A DNA stretch of 32,963 nucleotides from Candidatus Solincola sediminis. GTDB taxonomy: Bacteria > Actinomycetota > Geothermincolia > Geothermincolales > RBG-13-55-18. The position numbers were made by a program, and so were the translations under genes. The DNA is taken from assembly GCA_001767605.1 (NCBI GenBank), contig MELM01000045.1, forward strand, positions 28,825 to 61,787, read 5' to 3'. The notes under the pieces were generated by a model. The model saw nothing but the letters and a program-made list of their open reading frames with translations. It was not told the origin of the DNA and did no database searches. Position 1 is the stretch's first letter. Every line of letters begins with the position of its first letter. Of the stretch, positions 17,676 through 26,392 are shown piece by piece.

Positions 17676-20480
17676 ATGGATAGCAGCATTTTCACGACTT
17701 CCGAAAACGAGATATTCGATCTTCTCCATACCGACCAGGCGGGACTTACGCTTCAGGATGCAAAGAAGCGCCTGGAGGAAGTCGGCAGAAACGTGATCGA
17801 GAAAAAAGCCGGCGTTCCTCTCTGGCGCAAAATGATTACCAACTTCACACACTTTTTCGCGATCATGCTCTGGCTCGCCGCGGTACTCTCCTTCATAGGG
17901 GATATGCCTGAACTCGGCTATGCTTGCATTGCAGTCATAATCATTAACGGCATCTTCACTTTCTGGCAGGAGTTCAAAGCCGAGAAGGCTATCGAGAGCC
18001 TGCAGAAGATACTCCCCAAGAAAGCACGCGTGTTACGCGCGGGCGAGGAAATGGAAATAGACGCGGAAGAGCTCGTTCCGGGTGATCTTGTGGTCTTCGA
18101 AGCGGGCAACAGCATCAGCGCCGACACCCGGCTTATAGAATCGCGGGAGATGCGGGTAAATAATTCGGCTCTGACCGGTGAGTCGGAGCCGCAGATGAGA
18201 ATATCCGAGGCGCTGGGAGAAGAAAAAAGTTCCCTCGCCGACCTTCCCAATATGGTTTTCGCAGGAACCAGTGTCACCGCGGGAAGCGGAAGAGGCGTGG
18301 TCTATGCAACCGGAATGAATACTGAACTGGGAAGGATCGCTTACCTCACTCAAGAGGTAAAAGAGGACCTGAGCCCGCTGCAAAAGGAAATGGGAAAGGT
18401 TACCAAAATCCTGGGGGGTATTGCCACGGGCCTGGGTGTCCTCTTTTTCTGCCTCGGGGCTTTTGTTATGCATATGGGAAGGGCCAGCTCATTCATGTTC
18501 GCTATCGGAATTATCGTCGCAAATGTCCCGGAAGGCCTTCTGCCGACGGTGACCCTGGCGCTCGCCATGGGAACTCAACGAATGGCCAAGAGGCACGCCC
18601 TCATCAAAAAACTATCGTCCGTCGAGACGCTGGGGAGCACAACGGTTATCTGCACTGATAAGACCGGGACTTTGACCACCAACGAGATGACGGTTCGTGA
18701 GATATGGGTGGCCGACCGCGACGTAAATGTTGAGGGTGTCGGATACGAACCGAGCGGAGAATTCAGTATCGGGGGAAAGCCCCTGGACGAAGAGGACGAC
18801 CGCAGCCTTTCCCAATTGCTGCGCATCGCGAGTTTCTGCAACAATTCACGCCTGATCCAGCCTGGCGAAGGCGAGGATCAATGGAGCATTCTTGGCGATC
18901 CTACCGAGGCGGCCTTGCTCGTTTCCGCCTGGAAATTCAAATACGATTACGAGACGGAGCTGCGCCTGCATCCTCGTTATTACGAAATACCTTTCGATTC
19001 GAGACGCAAGCGAATGACGACCGTGCACAGCGTGGTTGTTGGGATGGAGGCCATGGTAAAAGGAGCTCCCATGGAAGTCCTCTCGTTATGCAACAAGTTA
19101 TGGACACCGCAGGGAGTACGGGATCTTACAGAGTCCGATCGCGGGAAAATCGCCGCCAAGAATGATGAGTACGCGCTGCAGGCTTTACGGGTCCTCGCTT
19201 TCGCCTATCGCGACGATATTCCCGTTCAGAAACATTATGAGGTTGAGGAAGTCGAGAGGGATCTGGTTTTCGTCGGCCTGGCCGGAATGCTCGATCCCCC
19301 CAGGCCTGAAGTCGCGAAAGCCATAGAAGAATGCCGCACGGCGGGCATTAAAGTGATCATGATCACCGGGGACTATGGAATGACGGCTGAATCGGTAGCC
19401 CGGCGGATCGGGCTCGTGCGGGGCAAATCGGTCCGGGTGGTCACGGGTCTCGACATAGATGAGATGAACGATGAGGAGTTGCTGGCCGCACTCGAAGAGC
19501 CGGAGGTTATTTTTGCGCGGGTTGCTCCCGAACACAAGATGCGGGTTGCACTCGTGTTGAAGAGCAGGGGAGAGATAGTGGCCATGACCGGAGACGGGGT
19601 AAACGATGCCCCCGCGCTCAAAGCGGCCGACATCGGTGTGGCCATGGGCATCACCGGGACCGACGTCGCCAAAGAGGCGGCCGAGATGATACTTACCGAC
19701 GATAATTTCGCCTCTATCGTTAGCGCAATCGAGGAAGGCCGGGCTGTCTATGCCAACCTGAGGCGCTTCGTCACTTACATTCTTGCGAGCAACATCCCCG
19801 AAATCCTGCCCTTCCTTATCTTCGTCATCGCCAAGGTACCTCTACCTCTCACTGTAATGCAGATCCTCGCAGTAGATCTTGGAACCGATCTTCTGCCCGC
19901 CCTCGCACTGGGAACCGAGAAGCCCGAACCCGGTCTGATGAAAAAACCACCAAGACCCCGAAGCGAGCGGCTACTAAACTTGCCGCTTTTCGGCAGGGCA
20001 TACGGCTACTTGGGGATGGTAGAAGGAATCTTGAGCCTGGCCGCCTTCTTTTTCGTGTACCTTATAAACGGCTGGCGCCCCTCGATGGGGGTCTCCGCCA
20101 TGGCCGCAAGCGGAAGCCTTTACGTTATGGCGACTACGGCCTGCCACCATACTATCGTCACAACTCAGATGGGAAACGGCTTCGCCTGCCGCACGGAGAG
20201 GGAATCCATCTTCAAGGTGGGATTCACAACCAATACTTTTTACCTCTGGGGCATTCTTTCTGAGATAATAATTCTGCTCATGTTCCTTTATGTGCCGCCC
20301 TTCCCGAGCTTCTTCGGCTTCGCGCCGGTGAATGGGTGGGTCTGGCTGTTTATGTTCGCCTGCGCCCCCGCTCCATTGGTGGCAGATGAGATCAGGAAGG
20401 CGATAGTCAGGCGCCGGCAAACGAGAACCATGCCCAAGGGAGATATCCATGGGGGATTATCCAAGGAAACGCCGGCCTGA
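17676..20480 (+). CDS. P2-type cation-transporting ATPase, Na+/K+-ATPase (P2C)-like
   Basis: LTGESEPQ, IGIIVANVPEGL, ICTDKTGT, KGAP, GDGVNDAPALK, YILASNIPEI, DLGTD. Start moved to MDSSIF (AGAGG RBS). Confidence 0.9.
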   Translation: MDSSIFTTSENEIFDLLHTDQAGLTLQDAKKRLEEVGRNVIEKKAGVPLWRKMITNFTHFFAIMLWLAAVLSFIGDMPELGYACIAVIIINGIFTFWQEFKAEKAIESLQKILPKKARVLRAGEEMEIDAEELVPGDLVVFEAGNSISADTRLIESREMRVNNSALTGESEPQMRISEALGEEKSSLADLPNMVFAGTSVTAGSGRGVVYATGMNTELGRIAYLTQEVKEDLSPLQKEMGKVTKILGGIATGLGVLFFCLGAFVMHMGRASSFMFAIGIIVANVPEGLLPTVTLALAMGTQRMAKRHALIKKLSSVETLGSTTVICTDKTGTLTTNEMTVREIWVADRDVNVEGVGYEPSGEFSIGGKPLDEEDDRSLSQLLRIASFCNNSRLIQPGEGEDQWSILGDPTEAALLVSAWKFKYDYETELRLHPRYYEIPFDSRRKRMTTVHSVVVGMEAMVKGAPMEVLSLCNKLWTPQGVRDLTESDRGKIAAKNDEYALQALRVLAFAYRDDIPVQKHYEVEEVERDLVFVGLAGMLDPPRPEVAKAIEECRTAGIKVIMITGDYGMTAESVARRIGLVRGKSVRVVTGLDIDEMNDEELLAALEEPEVIFARVAPEHKMRVALVLKSRGEIVAMTGDGVNDAPALKAADIGVAMGITGTDVAKEAAEMILTDDNFASIVSAIEEGRAVYANLRRFVTYILASNIPEILPFLIFVIAKVPLPLTVMQILAVDLGTDLLPALALGTEKPEPGLMKKPPRPRSERLLNLPLFGRAYGYLGMVEGILSLAAFFFVYLINGWRPSMGVSAMAASGSLYVMATTACHHTIVTTQMGNGFACRTERESIFKVGFTTNTFYLWGILSEIIILLMFLYVPPFPSFFGFAPVNGWVWLFMFACAPAPLVADEIRKAIVRRRQTRTMPKGDIHGGLSKETPA

Positions 20481-20494
20481 GGCCGTGATTCTTA

Positions 20495-20657
20495 GTACAG
20501 CGTTTTGTAAATACGGTCACGCACCGAGAGCGCCGGGGCGCCGCGCCGGCAAGGCGCGCGACTGAGGCATACTCTGCGAGTATGTCGCAGGGAGCGGAAC
20601 GAAGCTGGCGTGGATGCAGCGGCGGTCGAATGCGACCGTATTTATGAAATGCTGTAC
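20495..20657. mobile_element. 163-bp MITE-like element with ~24-bp imperfect terminal inverted repeats and TTA flanking duplication
   Basis: GTACAGCGTTTTGTAAATACGGTC ... GACCGTATTTATGAAATGCTGTAC. TTA at 20492-20494 and 20658-20660. Internal hairpin GCATACTC-TGC-GAGTATGT. Confidence 0.7.
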
Positions 20658-20693
20658 TTAGGGAAAGTTGGAGATGTTAAGCCGAACTAGGAG

Positions 20694-21353
20694 ATGAGGT
20701 TTATGCACGTCGTGATTATGGGGTGTGGAAGAGTGGGGTCCCGACTGGCAAGACGCCTCACTAAGCGAGGGCACAGCGTAGCCGTGATCGATAAGGACCC
20801 GAGAGCTTTTCATTTGTTGGATGTGGATTTCAAAGGGACCAAGGTCGAAGGGGTAGGGTTCGATGCCGATGTCCTGGAAAAAGCCGCCATAAAAAAAGCC
20901 GACGTCTTTCTGGCGGTCAGCAGTGGGGACAACTCGAATTTTGTTTCATGCAAGATCGCCAAGGACATCTATAGGGTACCGAAGGTACTGGCCCGAATCT
21001 ACGATCCGAGGCGGGCGCAGATCTATCGTCGTATGGGAATACCAACTGTGGCCCCGGTCGCCTGGGCGACCGCCAAAATATCGGATTTGATCTTCTTGAA
21101 GCAATCTTATTCCAGGGATACCTTCGGCAGCGGAGAGGTGGAACTCATCGAGTTCGAACTCCCGCCCAACCTTACCGGCCGGCTGGTCCGCGATTTTGAA
21201 GTGGCCGGAGAGATTCATATAGGTTCGATAGAGAGGGAAGGAGCCGCTTTCATCCCGGTGCCCGGCACTGCCCTCATTAAAAACGACTTGCTGAATGTTA
21301 TGGTTTTGAGATCGAGCATACCCAAGTTCAAAAAGATGTTCTTCATGGATTGA
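20694..21353 (+). CDS. trkA: TrkA-family RCK protein (CeoB-like, GCGRVG type)
   Basis: MHVVIMGCGRVG, AVSSGDNSN, ARIYDPRRA; alternative start at 20703. Confidence 0.9.
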   Translation: MRFMHVVIMGCGRVGSRLARRLTKRGHSVAVIDKDPRAFHLLDVDFKGTKVEGVGFDADVLEKAAIKKADVFLAVSSGDNSNFVSCKIAKDIYRVPKVLARIYDPRRAQIYRRMGIPTVAPVAWATAKISDLIFLKQSYSRDTFGSGEVELIEFELPPNLTGRLVRDFEVAGEIHIGSIEREGAAFIPVPGTALIKNDLLNVMVLRSSIPKFKKMFFMD

Positions 21354-21371
21354 ATCCGAACGGAGGTTGAA

Positions 21372-22049
21372 ATGAAAATATTGATAACCGGGGGAGGAAT
21401 AGTCGGATCCTTTCTTGCCAATGTTCTCTCCGACAAGAACGAAGTGACCCTGGTAGAAAAGGATCCCGAAAAGATCCACGCTCTTATAGAGCGAACCCAT
21501 GCCGTGAGGATCATCAACGAGGATGGCTGCGAACCCTGGGTCCTGGAGTTCGCCGGCGTGAAGGAAAGTGATATAGTGCTGGGCGTTACCGGCGACGATG
21601 AAGACAACCTCGTCATCTCTTACCTGTCCAAATTCGAATACGAAGTGCCCCGCATAATCGCCAGGGTGAACAATCCCAAGAATCGCTGGCTCTACCAGAA
21701 GGATTTCGGCGTGGATATCGAAGTCAGCGCCTCCGATATCATAGCGACCATAGTGGAGGAAGAGACGACCCTTGGCGAGGTCATAACGGTTATGAAACTG
21801 AAATCGGGCGATATAGGGCTTGTGGAGATTACCGTGCCCGAGGACAGCCGAGCCGTGAATCAAACATTATCGGATCTCGAATTGCCGGGAGAGACCCTGG
21901 TCGTGACTATCGTCCGTAATGACGCAATGAGAATTCCAACGGCAGATACGGTGCTGATAAAAGGTGACAGGGTCCTGGCGATGACCAGCTTAAAGAATAA
22001 AGAAGCCCTTGAGAACATCCTCGGCCACAGCACCGGTGGAAGTCGTTAA
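21372..22049 (+). CDS. trkA: TrkA-family RCK protein (CeoC-like, GGGxVG type)
   Basis: GGGIVG, VTGDDEDNLV, ARVNNPKNRWL, TrkA_C domain. Confidence 0.9.
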   Translation: MKILITGGGIVGSFLANVLSDKNEVTLVEKDPEKIHALIERTHAVRIINEDGCEPWVLEFAGVKESDIVLGVTGDDEDNLVISYLSKFEYEVPRIIARVNNPKNRWLYQKDFGVDIEVSASDIIATIVEEETTLGEVITVMKLKSGDIGLVEITVPEDSRAVNQTLSDLELPGETLVVTIVRNDAMRIPTADTVLIKGDRVLAMTSLKNKEALENILGHSTGGSR

Positions 22050-22064
22050 GTAAGCGACATTCCT

Positions 22065-22592
22065 TTAATCGTCATCGTCCTCGTCTTTGTCTTCATCCCT
22101 TGACTGAGGTTTTGCATCAGGCGGCGTCGGGGTCTGTGGACTGGGAGCAGTGACGACATCCGGCGCAGTGCCAGGCGTCGACGGTGCCGGATTGCCCGGC
22201 TGACCCGGTGAAGGCCCGGTTACGACATCCGGCGCAGTGCGAGGCGTCGACGGTGCCGAGGCCCCGCCGGGGCTCGGTGCGGTTGTGATGTCAGGTGAAG
22301 CCGCGCCGGCAGGCCCGGTCCCCGCCGGGCTGGCTGAAGGAGTGACATCAGGATCCAGATTCGTCTCGGGATTGGCCGGGGTCGGAGAGGTCGTTAAGTC
22401 TTCCTGATTTTCGCCCGCCTGTGGGGTAGCGGATGATACCGCGGAATTACCACCCTCGCTGCCCGCCTTCATATGTCGCGCATCCGGATCCAATCCGAAA
22501 GCCAAGGTCAAAGCCATCAGGTATACGGCGATCCCTGTGGCAATAGCAATCAAGGGGCGGCCCTTGTTCTGGGGCTTATTAGGGTCTTTCAT
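22065..22592 (-). CDS. Single-TM Pro/Thr/Ala-rich protein with acidic tail
   Basis: Start MKDPNKP with GGGGAG RBS, one TM, low-complexity repeats, DEDKDEDDDD end. Confidence 0.65.
   Translation of the reverse strand: MKDPNKPQNKGRPLIAIATGIAVYLMALTLAFGLDPDARHMKAGSEGGNSAVSSATPQAGENQEDLTTSPTPANPETNLDPDVTPSASPAGTGPAGAASPDITTAPSPGGASAPSTPRTAPDVVTGPSPGQPGNPAPSTPGTAPDVVTAPSPQTPTPPDAKPQSRDEDKDEDDDD
22153..22258. repeat. Intragenic 37-bp direct repeat, period 69 bp
   Basis: ACGACATCCGGCGCAGTGC[C/G]AGGCGTCGACGGTGCCG at 22153-22189 and 22222-22258 (APSTPxTAPDVV). Confidence 0.85.
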
Positions 22593-22717
22593 GTTGCTCT
22601 CCCCTCTGCTCAGCCTGATTCTATCGGCACAATGTAGGTAATAACGGCTTACCTGTGAGGCCCTTACAAGCATAGGCAAAACAGCAGGTAGGCGGTATTG
22701 ATCTTTATCAAGCCCGC

Positions 22718-23830
22718 TTAGAAGGCTGGCTGCGGTGCGAGGGGTAGCTCTTGCCTGTGTGCGCGGCGCCGGAAATGAGCCAGATCGACAAAAGCTTCGA
22801 GCCGGGTGGCTACACCCGCCTTTCCGGTCATTTCATCGATAACAAGGGAGAGCACGGGTATTCCCAGATCCTGCGAAACCATGGGAAGGATGCTCTTGGC
22901 GATGGTTTCCGGCATACATGTGAAGGGCATGAGGTGAACGACCCCGTCAAAACCGTGGCGGTGAAAGAGCACTGTGTTCCCCACCGAGTGCAGCCCTTCT
23001 CCCCCCACGGCATGGGTGAGGTAGGGTCTCGCTGCTTCCTCGGACTCGCTGTCATGATGGCCGGCGATGGGTTTGTTTCCCGACGGCCTCAGCCAGTCAG
23101 TGAGGTAGATATTACGCTCGACATAAGCTCCCAGATAACCGAGCTGTTCCTCTACTTGCAGGTTGAAAAACGGTTCGAGGACCAGATAAAACTCTCCGAT
23201 GATTCCGATCTTGATCGGCTGCCTCTCCGTCTTGGGTACCGAGTGCAATAACTCGAACCCTTCCCGCTCGACCCGCCTCAGCCTGTCGTAGCCATCGCAC
23301 TGGAATACCATCTCGTAGCATTCCTTGAGGGCCGACGTGGTTGCGCCCTTATCCCTGTCGAGGTAGCGCTGATGCAAGGCCTGCTGCTCGAGCCGGTCTA
23401 TGAGGTAGGCCTTCGAAAGGGCAATTTTTACCGCGCGGGCGAGCGAAGTCCAGGAGGCGCTTTGCTTCAGCCGCCGTAATTGCCTCATGAGCAGGGGCAT
23501 TTTCCCCAGGTGAAAAGTGAGTGGTACCATTTCGAATTCATAGCCGGCATCTTCCAGGATGCGTCTCTGGGTCTCGGCGTAGTACCCGAAACGACAAGGC
23601 CCTCGGCCGGCGACCATTATCAGTGTATCGGCACCCGCCTCGATGGCCTCGATGAAGTTACCCAAAGTCGTTTTTAGGGGAAAGCAAGCGAATTCCGGGC
23701 CGTAGCGCGCGCCGAGTTCCAGGGTCCGCTCCGAGTTTGGCGGTGCCGGCACGTATTCCAGCCCCAGTTCCTCGAATACGCTGGCGAGAACCACCTCCAG
23801 GCTTCCCATATGCGGCCAGCTTATTTTCAT
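22718..23830 (-). CDS. 2-hydroxyacyl-CoA dehydratase/reductase-like Fe-S protein (HgdAB/activase-associated family)
   Basis: MKISWPHMG start (ATGA overlap), PEFACFP, GPCRFGYY, IGIIGEFY, PFTCMPE, DEMTGKAGVATRLEAFVD. Confidence 0.8.
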   Translation of the reverse strand: MKISWPHMGSLEVVLASVFEELGLEYVPAPPNSERTLELGARYGPEFACFPLKTTLGNFIEAIEAGADTLIMVAGRGPCRFGYYAETQRRILEDAGYEFEMVPLTFHLGKMPLLMRQLRRLKQSASWTSLARAVKIALSKAYLIDRLEQQALHQRYLDRDKGATTSALKECYEMVFQCDGYDRLRRVEREGFELLHSVPKTERQPIKIGIIGEFYLVLEPFFNLQVEEQLGYLGAYVERNIYLTDWLRPSGNKPIAGHHDSESEEAARPYLTHAVGGEGLHSVGNTVLFHRHGFDGVVHLMPFTCMPETIAKSILPMVSQDLGIPVLSLVIDEMTGKAGVATRLEAFVDLAHFRRRAHRQELPLAPQPAF

Positions 23831-24819
23831 ACCGCGACCACCACCCGGTTGTCGGCTTCGGCCCTGTCCTTCTTGCGCCGCAACATATCGACGAAGGCTT
23901 CGATGCGCGTGAGGAAGCCCCCCTCGCCCGTATGCTCGTCCATAACCAGAGTCATCATGGGTACGGTATCCATCGACCTTATCTCCTGCTCGCACAGGAC
24001 GCGGATTATCGAATCCGGGCCGCAGGGGAAAGAGATCATGAAGATGATCCCATCCACCAGCTTGTAGCGCCCGCAAGCGAGGATCGCACCCGCGATTTCC
24101 TGTTCGTAGCTCCAGTAGATTTCCTGCGGCAGCTTCTTTAGTTCGAGCTCTCGCAGCGTCTCCGGCACCATGTCGGCGGTCATGACGTCTACGCCCATCG
24201 CACCCAACCTCTCCAGAAGAGACATGGTGGTGAAGGTATCATAAACATTGTAATGATGGCCTATAACACCCACCCTCAGTTCCCGTCCCTCGCACAGCCG
24301 CTGCTCCGATCCGCCCTCCAATGCCTGCTTGTGATCGACTCCCATGGTTAATTTTTCCAGATACGATCCATGTTCCTTCCAAGCCTCGATTCCGGATGAG
24401 ATTATCTTCGCCGGATTACGGGTGAAGCGGCGCCCAGTCGAATAAACGGCGCGATAATTGGTCCACAGGCCGAAATGGAAATCTATGGTAGGCGCGATAA
24501 TGTCTACTTTTTCCCCGACGGCGCTCTTAGCCATATCCGGCAATCCCAGCATCTTGGGGCAGGTGTGCGTATTCTTCTTCACGCTGACCAGCCTCGGTAC
24601 GAACAGGGCGTCGACCTTGTCCTTCAGGGCAAGAACGTGCCCGTAGAATACCTTCACCGGCAGGCAGCTCTCATTCTCCGCTTTGCTCACCCCCGAGGTG
24701 AGTATGGATCGGGTAGTCTCTCCCGATTCGACTACCTCCGCTCCCAATGCATTGAGAAAAGAGTTCCACAGCCGGCCGTAACGAAAATAGAGCAATCCCC
24801 CAGGGATTCCAACCTTCAT
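23827..24819 (-). CDS. DUF2229-like acyl-CoA dehydratase activase-related protein
   Basis: MKVGIPGGLLY, ESCLPVKVFYGH, CPKMLGLPD, FPCGPDS, DEHTGEGGFLTRIEAFVD. Confidence 0.8.
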   Translation of the reverse strand: MKVGIPGGLLYFRYGRLWNSFLNALGAEVVESGETTRSILTSGVSKAENESCLPVKVFYGHVLALKDKVDALFVPRLVSVKKNTHTCPKMLGLPDMAKSAVGEKVDIIAPTIDFHFGLWTNYRAVYSTGRRFTRNPAKIISSGIEAWKEHGSYLEKLTMGVDHKQALEGGSEQRLCEGRELRVGVIGHHYNVYDTFTTMSLLERLGAMGVDVMTADMVPETLRELELKKLPQEIYWSYEQEIAGAILACGRYKLVDGIIFMISFPCGPDSIIRVLCEQEIRSMDTVPMMTLVMDEHTGEGGFLTRIEAFVDMLRRKKDRAEADNRVVVAV

Positions 24820-24842
24820 TTGACACCCCACGTCTCAGAGAT

Positions 24843-25085
24843 TCAGGAAGCCTTATTCATAATCAAATCAACGGCATCTCGAACCGTCTCGACCTCAGCC
24901 GCCTCTTCATCGCTTACTTTAAAACCGTATTCCCTCTCCATCTCCAGGAGAAGTTCAACCAGATCGAGGGAGTCTGCGTCCAGGTCCTCCGCGAACCGCG
25001 ACTCTTCATCTATATCATCCTCCGATATTTCGAGTGCTTCCGCCAGGGCTCCGCGGACCTTGGCAAGAACTTGCGCCCTGTCCAC
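24843..25085 (-). CDS. acpP: Acyl carrier protein
   Basis: GTG start with GGAG RBS; DLDADSLDLVEL phosphopantetheine site; acidic, 80 aa. Confidence 0.88.
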   Translation of the reverse strand: MDRAQVLAKVRGALAEALEISEDDIDEESRFAEDLDADSLDLVELLLEMEREYGFKVSDEEAAEVETVRDAVDLIMNKAS

Positions 25086-25096
25086 AGGTGCTCCGC

Positions 25097-25402
25097 TCAG
25101 ATTCCCACCGGCACGACCCGGCGCCGAACCAGATATCTTCCCAGGAAATAAGCGCCGGCACCCATAAACGGCAGGGCTGAGAAGATCGCTCCTCCAATAA
25201 TCATGCCCTTCCTGCCGCTGGTATAAGCTTTTGGTTCCCATTCACTCCAGAGAAACTCGTCGCCACCCAGGTCATGGCAGAGCTCCTCCAGTTTCTTTGA
25301 AAAGACCGGATCGGGCTCCATGGGTACCAGGAAGTGCCTGAGCATCCACAAGGTCTCACGATAACCGACTCTTCCTGCCCTTGGCTTCGTTGTTCCGTTC
25401 AT
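25097..25402 (-). CDS. Putative single-TM anti-sigma factor
   Basis: ATGA-coupled to the ECF sigma gene; PDPVFSKKL helix motif; C-terminal TM followed by RRR. Confidence 0.55.
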   Translation of the reverse strand: MNGTTKPRAGRVGYRETLWMLRHFLVPMEPDPVFSKKLEELCHDLGGDEFLWSEWEPKAYTSGRKGMIIGGAIFSALPFMGAGAYFLGRYLVRRRVVPVGI

Positions 25403-26013
25403 TCCCGTTCCTCCCTCTCGGAAAGCCTGCTGCGCAGGCCGGCGAGCGATCGATGCACGAGCACTTTGACCGCTCCGGCGCTTTTTCCCATGACCTCGCC
25501 TATCTCCCGGTGCTTCATACCTTCGGCAAAGCGTAATATCAGGGCCTGTTGCCTCTCGGCCGAGAGCCCCCGCATAGCCTCACGCAATTCTCGGATGTCG
25601 TCCCGGCTCTCCGCCGCCTCTTCCGGAGTTGGAGAGGAATCTTGAATGCTGTCGGCGGCATCCAGCACGACGCTGCGCCGCCTTCCGGCATTGCGATGCC
25701 AGTTGGCGACCAGATTGTGCGCGATGCGCAGCAACCACGCCGAGAAGGGAATTCCACGGTCCTGGTAACGATCGAGATGGATGAGGGCGTGGAGAAACAC
25801 GCTCTCCGTTATATCCTCGGCGTCTTCGATGTTGCCCACCCTGTAGTAGATGTATGTGTACACTTTCTTGAGGTATTTGAGGTAAAGGGCATCGAAAGCT
25901 TCCCTTTTCTCCTTCGCCTGCGCCACAAGAGCGCCATCCTCATATAAAGTCATCTCGCTCCCACCACCAGCTGCAGTCATATGGCTGCTTGCTCCCTTCG
26001 AGGTTATTTCCAT
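25399..26013 (-). CDS. ECF RNA polymerase sigma factor
   Basis: DAEDITESVF, FSAWLLRIAHN (sigma2); LILRFAEGMKHREIGEVMGKSAGAVKVLVHR (sigma4). Start uncertain (26013, 25980 or 25953). Confidence 0.92.
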   Translation of the reverse strand: MEITSKGASSHMTAAGGGSEMTLYEDGALVAQAKEKREAFDALYLKYLKKVYTYIYYRVGNIEDAEDITESVFLHALIHLDRYQDRGIPFSAWLLRIAHNLVANWHRNAGRRRSVVLDAADSIQDSSPTPEEAAESRDDIRELREAMRGLSAERQQALILRFAEGMKHREIGEVMGKSAGAVKVLVHRSLAGLRSRLSEREERE

Positions 26014-26105
26014 TCTTCCAACCGTCTATTATAAACACGTTATGCGCATGGTTGTTACTGTATGGGTGTGGTACATTCATTTAAAAGGTCGAAGAGGAGG
26101 TAGCC

Positions 26106-26360
26106 ATGGGCAACGTTCCCGGTTCTTATTGTCCCTTTCGGGCATCGGCCATAGCCGGAGCCCTATCCCCGTGTAACGATGAATGCGCCCTCTACATCCC
26201 GACTGGCAAAATGCCCGACCAGAAAAGCTGCGCCCTCTCCATCCTTGGGGTCTACGCCCTGCAGAGAATAATATTCAAGCAACAGGAAGGGGCGGATAAG
26301 CCCGCGCCCGGCGGAGGGCTTTCAGAAAACGAGGGCGTACCACCACAAAGCCGCGAATAG
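26106..26360 (+). CDS. Small four-cysteine protein of unknown function
   Basis: Strong GAGGAGG RBS; TG-G-TACATT extended -10 at 26069-26077; CPF...CNDECALY...CAL pattern. Confidence 0.6.
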   Translation: MGNVPGSYCPFRASAIAGALSPCNDECALYIPTGKMPDQKSCALSILGVYALQRIIFKQQEGADKPAPGGGLSENEGVPPQSRE

Positions 26361-26392
26361 CCAAGACAAATCTTCATGTCTATACTGTGGAT

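Noticed and set aside
23831-24076. Long upstream extensions of ORFs 22718, 24843, 28530, 5293 and 30629
   Set aside because: They overlap neighbouring genes or repeats; internal starts with an RBS or ATGA coupling fit better.
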